A stretch of 64,000 nucleotides of DNA, taken from NCBI GenBank assembly GCA_019661865.1, contig JAIFWJ010000001.1:43290-107289 (forward strand), read 5' to 3'. The stretch comes from Candidatus Parcubacteria bacterium (GTDB lineage: Bacteria; Patescibacteriota; Minisyncoccia; Phycocordibacterales; Zambryskibacteraceae). This document shows positions 45,331-55,376 of the stretch, piece by piece (position 1 is the stretch's first letter; each line of letters begins with the position of its first letter). The notes beneath the pieces were generated by a model. It was not told the origin of the DNA and did no database searches. It worked only from the letters and a program-made list of their open reading frames with translations. A program made the translations under genes and the position numbers.

Positions 45331-48081
45331 ATGGCACTTGAAGAGCATTTTAATAGTCCTCAGGAAGAGTTAGCTCATCTAAGAGAGAAAGTTCTAGAAG
45401 CAGAACGCAAGCTTCTACGTCACGGAGTAGAAAAACCTCGTGACTCGGTCATCCGTGAATCCATAAAAACTTTTGAAGAAGCTCATCTCGGGAATATCAG
45501 AGAAGAGAAAAAAAGAAGTGCAGAGGAACAAGCAGCTCATCTCATGCGTAAGCATGTCGAGACGCAGCTCGAGGAGATGATGCAGATTACGGCAGATAAG
45601 GGAGTGCTCTCAGCACTTGCCACAGCTGAGTCCATGAAGGATTGGAAGCTTGAGGACGACTTCCACGACTTCTTAGTGGGCGTAGTAAGTAAGGGCTTGC
45701 CTCCAAGAGGGGTCAAGGAGAAAGGTCCCATATTCAAAGCACTTCATATGAGTCTCTACGAGGTAATGCTCCCGAAGAAAGAAGGCGAGCGCGACCGACC
45801 TCTAACTGAGCTCATAAAGAGCATGGAGCAAGTTTACTCAGGGCTCATGTCCATAGAGTCTCACGAGAGTAGTGAGGCAGGGCACATGGCTTTCGAGATA
45901 GCGAACCCTGAAGGCGAGGAAGATACGCACGTCTTCGTCTCTGTGCCGACAGACAAGAGAGACCTTTTCGAGAGACAAGTACTCTCGATATTTCCAGAAG
46001 TGAAGTTAATTCCACGTGAACGTGACTACAATATGTTTAATGAGATGGGTGTGACACTTGGTTCATCTGCTTCACTTACTCAGTATGGTTACTCACTTAA
46101 GACTAGTGATGCATTTAGTGATGATCCATTAAATGTCATACTCAACGGATTTTCTAAGATCCCTCTCAAAGGTGCCGGAGCAGCGCTCCAAATTATTTTC
46201 AAACCGGCCGGAGAGAAGTACATGAAGCATCTTTCTGAAGCTCTTAAAGATATAAGCAAGGGAGTGAAGCCTAAAGAAGCGTTGAAAATTAGTAGTGTCG
46301 CAGGTGAGTTTGGAGAGACTCTGGGCCAAGTACTTTTCGGTGTGAAGGAGAAGAAGCCTGAAGTGGTGGATCCGCTGGTAGTCCAGTCCATACAGAGGAA
46401 GATGGAAAGCCCAATCGTGGAAACAAATATCCGTTTAGCAGTCTCTTGTGGAGGCCAGGCAGAAGCGAGGCATGTGCTAGAGAACCTACAATCTTCTTTT
46501 AATCAGTTCGAAGAACCTGGAAAGAACAAATTTGAATGGAATGTGGTGAAGGTCCCGCATGAGAGCGACTTCTACAGAGCATTTACATTTAGACTCTTTA
46601 GAGATTCTGAGGTGGTACCACTTAACCTAAGAGAACTTTCGACCATCCTCCACCTACGTGGTGAAGCGCTCAACACATCATCTCTCAAACGTTCTACCAC
46701 CAAGTCTGCAGCACCACAGACCATCGCTCGGTCTGGCCTTTCGATAGGAGTTAATAATTTCCAAGGCAGAGAGACGAAGATATTCCTCTCGGACGAGGAC
46801 AGGCTCAGACACTTCTACGTTATCGGCCAGACGGGTACCGGTAAGTCTACACTTTTGAAGAACATGATCATAGAAGATATCCAAAGAGGAGAGGGAGTCT
46901 GCATGATAGATCCGCATGGTCAGGATCTCATGGATGTAATGTCGAACATCCCCAATGATAGATTCGACGACGTCATATACTTCGACCCTGCATCTACGGA
47001 CAAACCCATGGGACTGAATATGCTCGAGTATGATCACAACAAACCCGAGCAGAAGACCTTCGTAGTTAATGAACTCTTTTCCATTTTCCAGAAGCTCTAC
47101 GGCAAAGTGCCCGAGTCTATGGGTCCAATGTTCGAGCAATACTTCCGTAATGCCACGCAGCTTGTCATAGAAGATCCAGATACTGGTTCTACACTTCTCG
47201 ATGTCTCTAGAGTCCTTTCGAATAAAGAATACAGAAACCTTAAACTCTCTCGTTGTCAAAATCCTATAATCGTGCAGTTCTGGCGCGAGGTAGCAGAGAA
47301 GGCAGGCGGGGAAGCAGCACTTGCAAACATTGTGCCCTACATTACTTCCAAGTTTGATGTCTTCCTTTCAAACGATATTATGCGTCCGATCATTGCTCAA
47401 GAACACTCCACATTTAACTTCCGAGAAATCATGGATTCAAAGAAGATTTTACTCGTGAACTTGTCTAAGGGTAGACTCGGGGAAGTGAATGCGAACTTAC
47501 TTGGACTTATCATCGTGGGGAAGATCTTACTTGCCGCACTCTCGCGTGCATATTCATTTGGTTCTGAGATGCCGCCCTTTTATCTTTATATCGATGAATT
47601 CCAGAATATTACAACTAACTCCATCTCCACTATTCTTTCCGAAGCTCGGAAGTACAAGTTGGCACTGACTGTGGCGCATCAATTCATCGCACAACTTGAT
47701 CCAGATATTAAAAATGCCGTTTTCGGTAATGTGGGATCAATATGTGCATTTAGAGTTGGAGCAGATGATGCCAAGTATCTTGAGACTCAGTTCGCACCGG
47801 CTTTCACGGCTGATGATCTTATGAATATAGATAACAGGCACGCCCACATGAAGATACTAGTAAATGGCAGACCTACGTCATCCTTCGATATGGAAACTCT
47901 TCCTCCACCACAAGGTGTGAGAGACTCTGTGACAACTATTATGAATTTGTCCAAAGGTAAGTATGGACGTGACCGTAAGGATGTGGAGCATGAGATCCTA
48001 GAAAAATACCAGCCTGCGCTGGCAGGTAAAAAGAAGGAGCCGACAATGATGTCGGCCCCAGGGTTGGGCTCTCGCTCCTAG
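45331..48081 (+). CDS. Large P-loop ATPase: uncharacterised N-terminal ~470 aa plus a C-terminal HerA/FtsK/VirD4-superfamily (DUF87/AAA_10-like) ATPase domain
   Basis: RHFYVIGQTGTGKST Walker A preceded by His, CMIDPHGQD (DPxGE-like), FYLYIDEFQN Walker B, EARKYKLALTVAHQFIAQL (ATQ..sQL-like); no N-terminal TM segments. Confidence 0.7.
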   Translation: MALEEHFNSPQEELAHLREKVLEAERKLLRHGVEKPRDSVIRESIKTFEEAHLGNIREEKKRSAEEQAAHLMRKHVETQLEEMMQITADKGVLSALATAESMKDWKLEDDFHDFLVGVVSKGLPPRGVKEKGPIFKALHMSLYEVMLPKKEGERDRPLTELIKSMEQVYSGLMSIESHESSEAGHMAFEIANPEGEEDTHVFVSVPTDKRDLFERQVLSIFPEVKLIPRERDYNMFNEMGVTLGSSASLTQYGYSLKTSDAFSDDPLNVILNGFSKIPLKGAGAALQIIFKPAGEKYMKHLSEALKDISKGVKPKEALKISSVAGEFGETLGQVLFGVKEKKPEVVDPLVVQSIQRKMESPIVETNIRLAVSCGGQAEARHVLENLQSSFNQFEEPGKNKFEWNVVKVPHESDFYRAFTFRLFRDSEVVPLNLRELSTILHLRGEALNTSSLKRSTTKSAAPQTIARSGLSIGVNNFQGRETKIFLSDEDRLRHFYVIGQTGTGKSTLLKNMIIEDIQRGEGVCMIDPHGQDLMDVMSNIPNDRFDDVIYFDPASTDKPMGLNMLEYDHNKPEQKTFVVNELFSIFQKLYGKVPESMGPMFEQYFRNATQLVIEDPDTGSTLLDVSRVLSNKEYRNLKLSRCQNPIIVQFWREVAEKAGGEAALANIVPYITSKFDVFLSNDIMRPIIAQEHSTFNFREIMDSKKILLVNLSKGRLGEVNANLLGLIIVGKILLAALSRAYSFGSEMPPFYLYIDEFQNITTNSISTILSEARKYKLALTVAHQFIAQLDPDIKNAVFGNVGSICAFRVGADDAKYLETQFAPAFTADDLMNIDNRHAHMKILVNGRPTSSFDMETLPPPQGVRDSVTTIMNLSKGKYGRDRKDVEHEILEKYQPALAGKKKEPTMMSAPGLGSRS

Positions 48082-48410
48082 CGATCGCCGTTCGGAAGCT
48101 GCAGGTCACGGTAGCAGATCTCGGGCTTGGGCTCGTGGGGGTGCCATTTGCCTTTCCCGATGAGCTCATGAGTTGGCGCTCGTCCGAGCACATTGCGGAT
48201 ATTGCGCTCGACCAGATAGGTGAGAGCCTGTTCCTTTACCGCCTTCCTTCGCTTGCGGTCAATGATCCGCCATTCGGCGATGACAGCGTCGAGAACCTTG
48301 GTCGGTTCTTGACCGGGTTTTTTCTCCAAACGATTGTTGACTTGACTGGCAATCTCCTTCGCCAGAGCAGTGTCATCGAACGTTTGTCCGAGTTCGAGTT
48401 GCATACTCAC
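48078..48410 (-). CDS. Hypothetical protein, conspicuously GC-rich, convergent with the ATPase gene
   Basis: 110 aa; has its own near-consensus promoter. Confidence 0.45.
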   Translation of the reverse strand: MSMQLELGQTFDDTALAKEIASQVNNRLEKKPGQEPTKVLDAVIAEWRIIDRKRRKAVKEQALTYLVERNIRNVLGRAPTHELIGKGKWHPHEPKPEICYRDLQLPNGDR

Positions 48411-48449
48411 CTCTGTGAACCATGTTGAACTTGTACTTAGCCTATGCTA

Positions 48450-48478
48450 ATACTATCACAACACAGGCACTTTGTCAA
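48450..48478 (-). promoter_or_regulatory. Near-consensus sigma70 promoter on the minus strand (TTGACA-17-TAGTAT)
   Basis: Minus-strand ttgaca (48478-48473) and tagtat (48455-48450). Confidence 0.5.
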
Positions 48479-48494
48479 GTCAACTAGGAAACAA

Positions 48495-48950
48495 TTAGGA
48501 AAAGAGGCTATCTACAGCCCTTTTTACAAGCATGCCGTCCGCTCGTCCCTTCAGATCTTTCATTATGAGTCCAGTGAATTGTCCGGACTTAGCTTTATCA
48601 CTTAAACCTATCTCTGTCTGTTTGGCTTTTACAAATTCTAGAATTTCTTCATAAGACATCTGAGCTGGGAGAAAGGCCTCGAGTACTACAAGTTCCGCTC
48701 TCTCATTGTTTGCTAGGTCATTTCTTCCGCCTTTCTCGAACTGCTCTATGGAGTCCTTGCGCTGCTTCACTTGCCTCGAGATGACACTAAGTGCTTCCTC
48801 ATCTGTGAGTTCTCTATCTGGCTTCTTATCCTTAGCTACAAGCTCATTAGTAAATCCAGCTAAGAGCCCACGGAGTGTAGTAAGTCTGACAGCGTCCTTG
48901 GCTCTCATGGCACCCTTGATTTGCTCCCGTATATCTTGATGTATGCTCAT
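48495..48950 (-). CDS. GatB/YqeY-domain protein
   Basis: Full YqeY-like sequence. Confidence 0.8.
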   Translation of the reverse strand: MSIHQDIREQIKGAMRAKDAVRLTTLRGLLAGFTNELVAKDKKPDRELTDEEALSVISRQVKQRKDSIEQFEKGGRNDLANNERAELVVLEAFLPAQMSYEEILEFVKAKQTEIGLSDKAKSGQFTGLIMKDLKGRADGMLVKRAVDSLFS

Positions 48951-49004
48951 GAATGTATTATAGCAAGCAAGCATCTAGGACCTAGCCCTGAGAGGCCTTA
49001 TAAT

Positions 49005-50093
49005 ATGCGCATGCAGACGACCGTGGTCCTCATTATCTTGGGGTTTATTGCTATCCTTGGCATAAATGCAGTTGTCCTCTTCGCATTCGGTAGAAGAATT
49101 ACGGGAAGACTAGCCCCAGTAGATGACGGAGCGGGAAAACTCTTACTCCAACAGATTAACGAACTTTCTCGCACTATGGACTTGAGGTTATCAGACGCTA
49201 ACCGTCTCATGCACGACTCTGTCCGTAGCCAGTTCAGTGAGTCGGCTAAGCTTATAAAGGAAGTGACAGAAGGTCTTACTAAACTCGATGAGACCAATAG
49301 ACAAGTGGTCTCCTTCGCCGACCAGCTCCAGTCACTTGAAAATATTCTTAAGAACCCGAAGCAACGTGGCATACTCGGCGAGTACTACTTGGAGACTCTA
49401 CTTAAGAACTGTATGCCTCCAGGGAGTTACCAGATGCAATATGAACTCGGTACTGACGATGATGGCGCAAGACTTATCCCAGATGCTGTGGTCTTCATAA
49501 AGGAGAAAATAATCCCAGTCGATTCTAAATTCTCACTAGAAAATTATAATAGACTCGTAGATGAGAAGGAACCTTTAGAAAGAAGTAGGCTTGAGAAACT
49601 TTTTGTAAATGATTTGAAGAATAGGATTGTAGAAACTTCTAAATACATCCAGCCCTCGAAGAACACTATGGACTTCGCCTTCATGTTTATCCCGCACGAG
49701 GCTATCTACTACGACCTTATCGTTAATAAAATTGGTGCCGTGACTGAAGACACTGAAAGTCTCATTCAACGCGCTGCCAATAAATACAAAGTTATCATCG
49801 TCTCACCCACATCCTTCCTGGCATACCTTCAGACTGTGTTACAGGGACTTAAAGCCATGCAGATTGAGGAGAAAGCTCAAGATATTGTGAAGAGAGTAGG
49901 GGAGCTTGGTAAGCACTTGAAGGGCTACGAGGACTACTATATGAAGCTTGGTAACACACTCTCCACAGCCGTAAACCACTATAACAGCGCAGGTAAGGAG
50001 CTCGGTAAGGTGGACAAGGATGTTTTGCGCATCACAGGTACCTCGGCTGGCATAGAAGTTCTAGCAGTAGAGCGCCCAGCCCTAGAGGTATAG
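49005..50093 (+). CDS. rmuC: DNA recombination protein RmuC
   Basis: N-terminal TM, coiled coil and a C-terminal RmuC nuclease-like region. Confidence 0.8.
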   Translation: MRMQTTVVLIILGFIAILGINAVVLFAFGRRITGRLAPVDDGAGKLLLQQINELSRTMDLRLSDANRLMHDSVRSQFSESAKLIKEVTEGLTKLDETNRQVVSFADQLQSLENILKNPKQRGILGEYYLETLLKNCMPPGSYQMQYELGTDDDGARLIPDAVVFIKEKIIPVDSKFSLENYNRLVDEKEPLERSRLEKLFVNDLKNRIVETSKYIQPSKNTMDFAFMFIPHEAIYYDLIVNKIGAVTEDTESLIQRAANKYKVIIVSPTSFLAYLQTVLQGLKAMQIEEKAQDIVKRVGELGKHLKGYEDYYMKLGNTLSTAVNHYNSAGKELGKVDKDVLRITGTSAGIEVLAVERPALEV

Positions 50094-50141
50094 GGAAGCA
50101 TAAGTTGCCTTTTGGCTTAAAATATGTAGAATGGTGAACCT

Positions 50142-50552
50142 ATGGCAGAAGTTAGAACTCACAAGGTAGAGGCCACCAAGGCTGAACCTAAGGAACTAAA
50201 GACAGAGCTTAAGCAGAAGAAAGCCCACAAGGCAGACGTTTTCGCAGTCTTTACTACTGGTGGCAAGCAGTACCTGGTCCGTCCTGGAGTTACACTCAAG
50301 ATTGAGAAGATCCTTGGAGAGCATAAAGAGGGGGACACTATCGAGTTCGACCAGGTTCTCGTCTCGGGTGAGGGAGACAAGCTCACATTCGGAGTGCCGT
50401 TCATTTCTGGTGGAGCAATCTCTGCAACACTTACTAAGATCGGTCGCCACAAGACTATTGATGTTATTAAATATAAGCAGAAGTCCAGATACTTTAAGAA
50501 AAACGGACACCGACAGCCATACTTCGAAGTCAGAATTGATTCAATAAAATAA
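50142..50552 (+). CDS. rplU: 50S ribosomal protein L21 with N-terminal extension
   Basis: FAVFTTGGKQYLVRPG...KYKQKSRYFKKNGHRQPYFEVRI. Confidence 0.85.
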   Translation: MAEVRTHKVEATKAEPKELKTELKQKKAHKADVFAVFTTGGKQYLVRPGVTLKIEKILGEHKEGDTIEFDQVLVSGEGDKLTFGVPFISGGAISATLTKIGRHKTIDVIKYKQKSRYFKKNGHRQPYFEVRIDSIK

Positions 50553-50560
50553 GTAAAATA

Positions 50561-50589
50561 ACACCCTCCTCCGGAAGGTGTTATTTTTT
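50561..50589 (+). terminator. Intrinsic terminator (possibly bidirectional)
   Basis: acaccctcc-tccg-gaaggtgtt followed by ATTTTTTT. Confidence 0.55.
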
Positions 50590-50958
50590 AGAGTTGTACC
50601 TGCCATTTCCTGCAAGCGAACGTAGGGCAACTAGTCTAGCACATGAGATTTGAAGGGCTGCCTCGAACCGTGTGAGAAAAGTATCCTCGCGCGTATCCTT
50701 GGTGTTACTTATGTACCAGTGGCCTTTTTTGTCCTTGTCCTCCTTATCCAGAGCTTGAATGTTGGAGAAGTACTCTGCTTGCGACCTGACATGGTCATTC
50801 TTGATCGAGTCAGCGATGTCATTAAAGGAGATCATCAGAGATATGTTACCCTGCTCCTTTAACTTCTTGCGAAGCATCGTAATTTCCTCGAAGCATTCGC
50901 GCCAGCCATTCTCGACCTCCAGTTCTCGTTCCTCGCGGGAACGACTTCTATCAAACAT
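50581..50958 (-). CDS. Hypothetical protein
   Basis: ORF downstream of recR; the start is taken at an internal Met. Confidence 0.3.
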   Translation of the reverse strand: MFDRSRSREERELEVENGWRECFEEITMLRKKLKEQGNISLMISFNDIADSIKNDHVRSQAEYFSNIQALDKEDKDKKGHWYISNTKDTREDTFLTRFEAALQISCARLVALRSLAGNGRYNSKK

Positions 50959-51039
50959 CGTTCCCTCCAGGTTGAGTGGTATTGTCTGACATAAACGATA
51001 CAGGCACTCCAAATTAGTGCAAGCGCAAATTTGCACGTG

Positions 51040-51654
51040 TCAAGTCGTTCTGTGGATAAGTGCGTTCTTTAATGTCTCAGGATCAGCATATTCGAGCTCA
51101 GAGCCGGTGGAAAGTCCTCGACCAAGTTCTGAGACAGTGAGGTTCAGGTCCTTAAGCTCTGCGCGGAGATACTCAGTAGTATTCTCGCCTTCGGCATTGG
51201 CATTCATGGCTAAAATAATTTCAGATAGGTTGGACTTGCGTCGATCTAGAAGCTTTTTTAATTCATTGATTCGAATGCGACTTCCGGGATCTTTTTCTAA
51301 AATTGGGAGTGATCCGCCGAGAACGAAATAATATCCTTTATAACTTCTACTTTTCTCTAGAGCTTCGAAGTCTACATCTCTAGGGACGATCATGAGAAGA
51401 GATTTATCTCGTGATGTATCTGCACATGTTGGACAAACCGAGTTCCGAGCATGCGAGGAACCATAGGTAGCAAAGAACCGCATGCACTCAGTGCATTGAT
51501 GGATTTCCTTCTTAAGACTCTGTATTGCCTGGATAAGAGTCTCTGTAGAACCATGGTTACGGGAGAGTAAGTAGTATACAAATCTCTTGGCCTGTCGGGG
51601 GCCAATACCAGGGAAGTGCGAGAATATCTCAGCTAGTTTATCAATACTATTCAC
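51040..51654 (-). CDS. recR: Recombination protein RecR
   Basis: HhH, a C4 zinc finger (CTEC...CPTC) and a Toprim domain. Confidence 0.95.
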   Translation of the reverse strand: MNSIDKLAEIFSHFPGIGPRQAKRFVYYLLSRNHGSTETLIQAIQSLKKEIHQCTECMRFFATYGSSHARNSVCPTCADTSRDKSLLMIVPRDVDFEALEKSRSYKGYYFVLGGSLPILEKDPGSRIRINELKKLLDRRKSNLSEIILAMNANAEGENTTEYLRAELKDLNLTVSELGRGLSTGSELEYADPETLKNALIHRTT

Positions 51655-51656
51655 AA

Positions 51657-53072
51657 CTATATACTAGCAAATTGCTCTTCAGCAGCTCCATAGTTCGAGT
51701 AGTCGATCTCAACGAAAGTATTATGTCTAGTGTGGTAGTCGAGGGTGACTTCGCCGAGGGGACCGTTTCTATGCTTGGCTATGATAAGTTGCTTTCTCTG
51801 AATCTCCTTAATCTTCCCGGACTCGTCTCGGATATCCTCTTGGTCCGCGTGTATAAACATCACCAAGTCCGCATCTTGTTCGATGGAACCTGAGTCTCGT
51901 AGGTCAGAGAGCTTGGGTTTACCTCCGCGTGTTTCAATCGCTCTTGAGAGCTGGGAGAGAGCGACAATGGGGATATTTAGCTCACGAGCGAGGTGCTTAA
52001 GCGAGCGAGAGATCTCGGTCACTTGCTGGACCATGGAGTCTGTGGCCCGAGCAGTGGAGGGGGCCATGAGTTGGAGATAGTCGACGATGAGGAGTTTCAG
52101 TCCCTTCTCGATCTTTAATTTCCTAGCTGCAGAACGCATGCGCAGTATTGTGTTACCGGGTTGGTCATCTATGAATATGGGTGTGCGAGAGAGGTCGTCT
52201 AGTGCATCTCGGATATTCTTAAACACATCATCACGCCATGAACCGTGTTGGGTCCTTACACCTTTACGTATAACAGATGCATCTACACGGGACTGAGCTG
52301 ATACTATACGGTCGACAAGCTGGTCAGAGGACATTTCGAGTGAGAATATGCCTACCGGAGTCTTGTATTGACCAGCAGTCTTCCTGGCCACATCGAGAGC
52401 GAAAGCCGTCTTACCCACAGAAGGCCTAGCAGCGAGGATGACAAGGTCGGATCTCTGGAAACCTCCCAATATGTCATCTAGAGACTTAAAGCCCGTCGGC
52501 ACTCCTCGGAGTTCGTGCTCAAGAGAAGAAAGTTTCTCGAATCTCTCGTATGCTTCAGCTAGAAGAGGTCTAAGATCTTGGAAGTTCTCCGTGGTGGAGA
52601 AGTGTTGAGTGATGTCGAAGACCTTCTTCTCAGCTTGGTCGAGGATTTCTTCTAGCTCTCCGGCTTCATTGAATCCTAAATGAGAAATAAATTCTGATGC
52701 CTCGATGAGCTCTCGCATCATGTACTTCTTGCGTACAATGTCCGCATAGTGCTTGATATTAGCTGACGATGGTACGACAGAAGTGAGTTCTGTGAGAAAT
52801 GTGGTGCCTCCGACACGGTCCAGAACCTCTTTCTCCTTTAGTCTCGAGGAGAGGGAGAGAAGGTCTATAGGCTGCCTCTTGGCGAAGAGTTCAAGCATAG
52901 TCTCGAAGATGATCCTGTGCTTGTCCAGGTAAAAGGAAATAGGAGTTATGACATCGATGATCTCGTATATGGCATCCGGACGGAGCATAATGGAGCCGAG
53001 GAGTGCCATCTCAGCATCAATGTTGTGAGGAGGGATACGGATTTTCAAGCTTGCTAGAGGAGATTCTTGCAT
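51657..53072 (-). CDS. dnaB: Replicative DNA helicase DnaB
   Basis: PPHNIDAEMALLGSIM N-domain; RecA-like core with Walker A GKTAFAL. Confidence 0.9.
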   Translation of the reverse strand: MQESPLASLKIRIPPHNIDAEMALLGSIMLRPDAIYEIIDVITPISFYLDKHRIIFETMLELFAKRQPIDLLSLSSRLKEKEVLDRVGGTTFLTELTSVVPSSANIKHYADIVRKKYMMRELIEASEFISHLGFNEAGELEEILDQAEKKVFDITQHFSTTENFQDLRPLLAEAYERFEKLSSLEHELRGVPTGFKSLDDILGGFQRSDLVILAARPSVGKTAFALDVARKTAGQYKTPVGIFSLEMSSDQLVDRIVSAQSRVDASVIRKGVRTQHGSWRDDVFKNIRDALDDLSRTPIFIDDQPGNTILRMRSAARKLKIEKGLKLLIVDYLQLMAPSTARATDSMVQQVTEISRSLKHLARELNIPIVALSQLSRAIETRGGKPKLSDLRDSGSIEQDADLVMFIHADQEDIRDESGKIKEIQRKQLIIAKHRNGPLGEVTLDYHTRHNTFVEIDYSNYGAAEEQFASI

Positions 53073-53198
53073 GTCCTTATGATACAAATTCTCTAAGAGA
53101 AGTGGCAATGAGAAATTGTTTATGAAAGGTGCATATGTTGTGAATTGTGAGATAATTCGTATAGACATGAATTCAAGATTATTGCCTAACCAGAAATT

Positions 53199-53462
53199 AT
53201 GAAAAATGCAGATGAGGCACTCCTCAAAACATGTAAGTTAAATATCGCAGAAGATGGCTGGCTTCCAGATGGGGCCCGCTCTGAGATGGTTTATGGATTT
53301 ATAGAAGACAATCGGGAACTTAAGATGATCGTGGAGCATCCAATAAACCAAATGCCCAAAGCTATACGAGTGGAGGTGGCCGGGGAAGTTATAAACACAG
53401 AAGAAAAACAATTTTATCTAGACCGGTATTACCCCGTGGCCTTGAAGCAAAAGGAAGGATAG
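53199..53462 (+). CDS. Hypothetical protein
   Basis: 87 aa. Confidence 0.35.
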   Translation: MKNADEALLKTCKLNIAEDGWLPDGARSEMVYGFIEDNRELKMIVEHPINQMPKAIRVEVAGEVINTEEKQFYLDRYYPVALKQKEG

Positions 53463-53499
53463 ATGTATTATGGAAATATTAAAATTATAAATTTGCACG

Positions 53500-53982
53500 A
53501 TGGAAAAATTTCAAAACGTGCCAGACATGAATGAATTACCGCTCTCCAATAGGGAAGCAGTAGCCTCACATTACAGAGAAGCTGAATTGAATAACTTGAC
53601 CGATGGGGAGAAGGAAATTCTAAAAAATTCTAATCTCAAATTTGAGATGGGTGAGAAGAAGTATTCTGAAGACGGTTTGGTTTCTGACACTCTCATTGTA
53701 AGCGGAGAAGTAGAGGGCCATAAAATTTTGATAACAAGAGAAACTGCTCCACAACGGGAAAGTGCCACTCACTATCATAGAATGGCGGAGATTGATGGAG
53801 AGCGTAAATATGTGCCCGAGACTTGGCAAGGGCCAGCTGATTCGGTCAATGATAAATATTCTGGAGAAATGGATGGAGACCCTTTAAGTGAGGCAGAAGC
53901 AGAAGAACTTTGGAAGCGTTATAACCGTGTGGCTGCGGCGACCACCCAAGACCAGAAGCTGGCTGATTTTTCTAAAGAATAG
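53500..53982 (+). CDS. Hypothetical protein
   Basis: 160 aa, acidic. Confidence 0.4.
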   Translation: MEKFQNVPDMNELPLSNREAVASHYREAELNNLTDGEKEILKNSNLKFEMGEKKYSEDGLVSDTLIVSGEVEGHKILITRETAPQRESATHYHRMAEIDGERKYVPETWQGPADSVNDKYSGEMDGDPLSEAEAEELWKRYNRVAAATTQDQKLADFSKE

Positions 53983-53984
53983 AC

Positions 53985-55376
53985 CTAAATCCTGGAGATC
54001 TCTTGGCCCTTATGGGTATCGTTGACTTCAAATCCTAAGCGTCTTATCTTGTCGCGGATCTCATCTGATTTCTTGAAGTCTTTACTCCGGCGAGCTTCGG
54101 CGCGTTCATCGAGGAGAATCATTACTTCTTTAGGGATTTCTTTAACCTCTGGCACATATTCATTAAGCTTAAGTCCTAGAACTCTGTCGAAGTCTAAAAG
54201 TGTAGCTCGTGTATCAGCATAAGAAATGTCATCACCTGCTGAACGAGACATTTTCCACACTACCGCCAGTGCTTCTGGAGTATTTAAATCATTCTCAATT
54301 GCTTCCGTAAACATTTGTTTGTACTTCTCACTAACTTTCCCCGGATCACTTGGAGCTTGTTGATTCAAAAGCCGCATTATAAGCATAAGTCTCTTATATG
54401 CATTCTCTGCTGCTTCGAGCGACTCCCAAGTGAAGCTTGTCGGGGTTCTGTAATGAGACTGAAGTAAGAAGTAACGGTATGCTAAGGGAGAAATGTTTTT
54501 ATCTATAAGAGTGCTTAAGGTTATGAAGTTATCTTCTGACTTCGCCATCTTCTCGCTAGAGACCGTGATGAATTCATTATGAAGCCAGTAATGTGCTAAA
54601 GGTTTATCGAACGCAGCTTCGGACTGAGCAATCTCGTTATTATGATGCACAGGGATATGGTCAATGCCTCCTGTATGGATGTCGAAGGGCTGTCCAAGAA
54701 GTGTGCGAGACATGGCAGAGCACTCAATGTGCCAGCCCGGGAAACCCTTTCCCCAAGGACTTTCGAATCCTAACCTGTCGTCATGAGACAATTTCCAAAG
54801 TACGAAATCTCTTGAGCTTCTCTTACCCTCTATTCCTACGCGTGCCTGGCTTTCGTCTAGAGGTGTGAGACCTCCAAGCTTGCCGTAGTCCTTGAGTCTT
54901 AGAGTATCAAAGTAAATGCCGTCAGAAAGTTTATATCCGAAACCCTTTTCCTCTAAAATTTTTACCAATTCGATTTCGTCTTTTAGATATTCTGTGGCTC
55001 GGGGGAAGTGGTGAGGAGTTTCTATATTTAAGTGCTTGAGATCTTCCTTGAATGCAGCTTCGAATTTATCTGCAAGCTGCTTTAGTCCATCAAGTGTGAG
55101 CGGAAGATTCTCTCGTTTCAAACCTTTAACCATTTTGTCATCTCCTGAGTCTGCGTCAGATGTAAGATGACCAATGTCTGTGATGTTTATAACCTGCTTC
55201 ACCTCGAGGCCTGAATACTCGAGAGTTCTACGCAGAACATCCGCGAAGACGTATGAACGGAGGTTTCCAATGTGGGCGTAGTTGTAAACCGTGGGTCCAC
55301 AGTGGTAGAGCTGAACTACTTTATCCAACGGTACGAAATCTTCTATTTTCCGCGTAAGGGTATTGTGGAATCTCAT
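53985..55376 (-). CDS. cysS: Cysteinyl-tRNA synthetase
   Basis: HIGN (HIGH) and KMAKS (KMSKS) motifs. Confidence 0.95.
   Translation of the reverse strand: MRFHNTLTRKIEDFVPLDKVVQLYHCGPTVYNYAHIGNLRSYVFADVLRRTLEYSGLEVKQVINITDIGHLTSDADSGDDKMVKGLKRENLPLTLDGLKQLADKFEAAFKEDLKHLNIETPHHFPRATEYLKDEIELVKILEEKGFGYKLSDGIYFDTLRLKDYGKLGGLTPLDESQARVGIEGKRSSRDFVLWKLSHDDRLGFESPWGKGFPGWHIECSAMSRTLLGQPFDIHTGGIDHIPVHHNNEIAQSEAAFDKPLAHYWLHNEFITVSSEKMAKSEDNFITLSTLIDKNISPLAYRYFLLQSHYRTPTSFTWESLEAAENAYKRLMLIMRLLNQQAPSDPGKVSEKYKQMFTEAIENDLNTPEALAVVWKMSRSAGDDISYADTRATLLDFDRVLGLKLNEYVPEVKEIPKEVMILLDERAEARRSKDFKKSDEIRDKIRRLGFEVNDTHKGQEISRI

Noticed and set aside
43429-48480. Classical tRNA-integrated genomic island or prophage.
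   Set aside because: There is no integrase, recombinase or transposase, and no direct repeat of the tRNA 3' end. The atypical block lies on the 5' side of the minus-strand tRNA-Glu rather than at its 3' end. It is kept only as a compositional anomaly.
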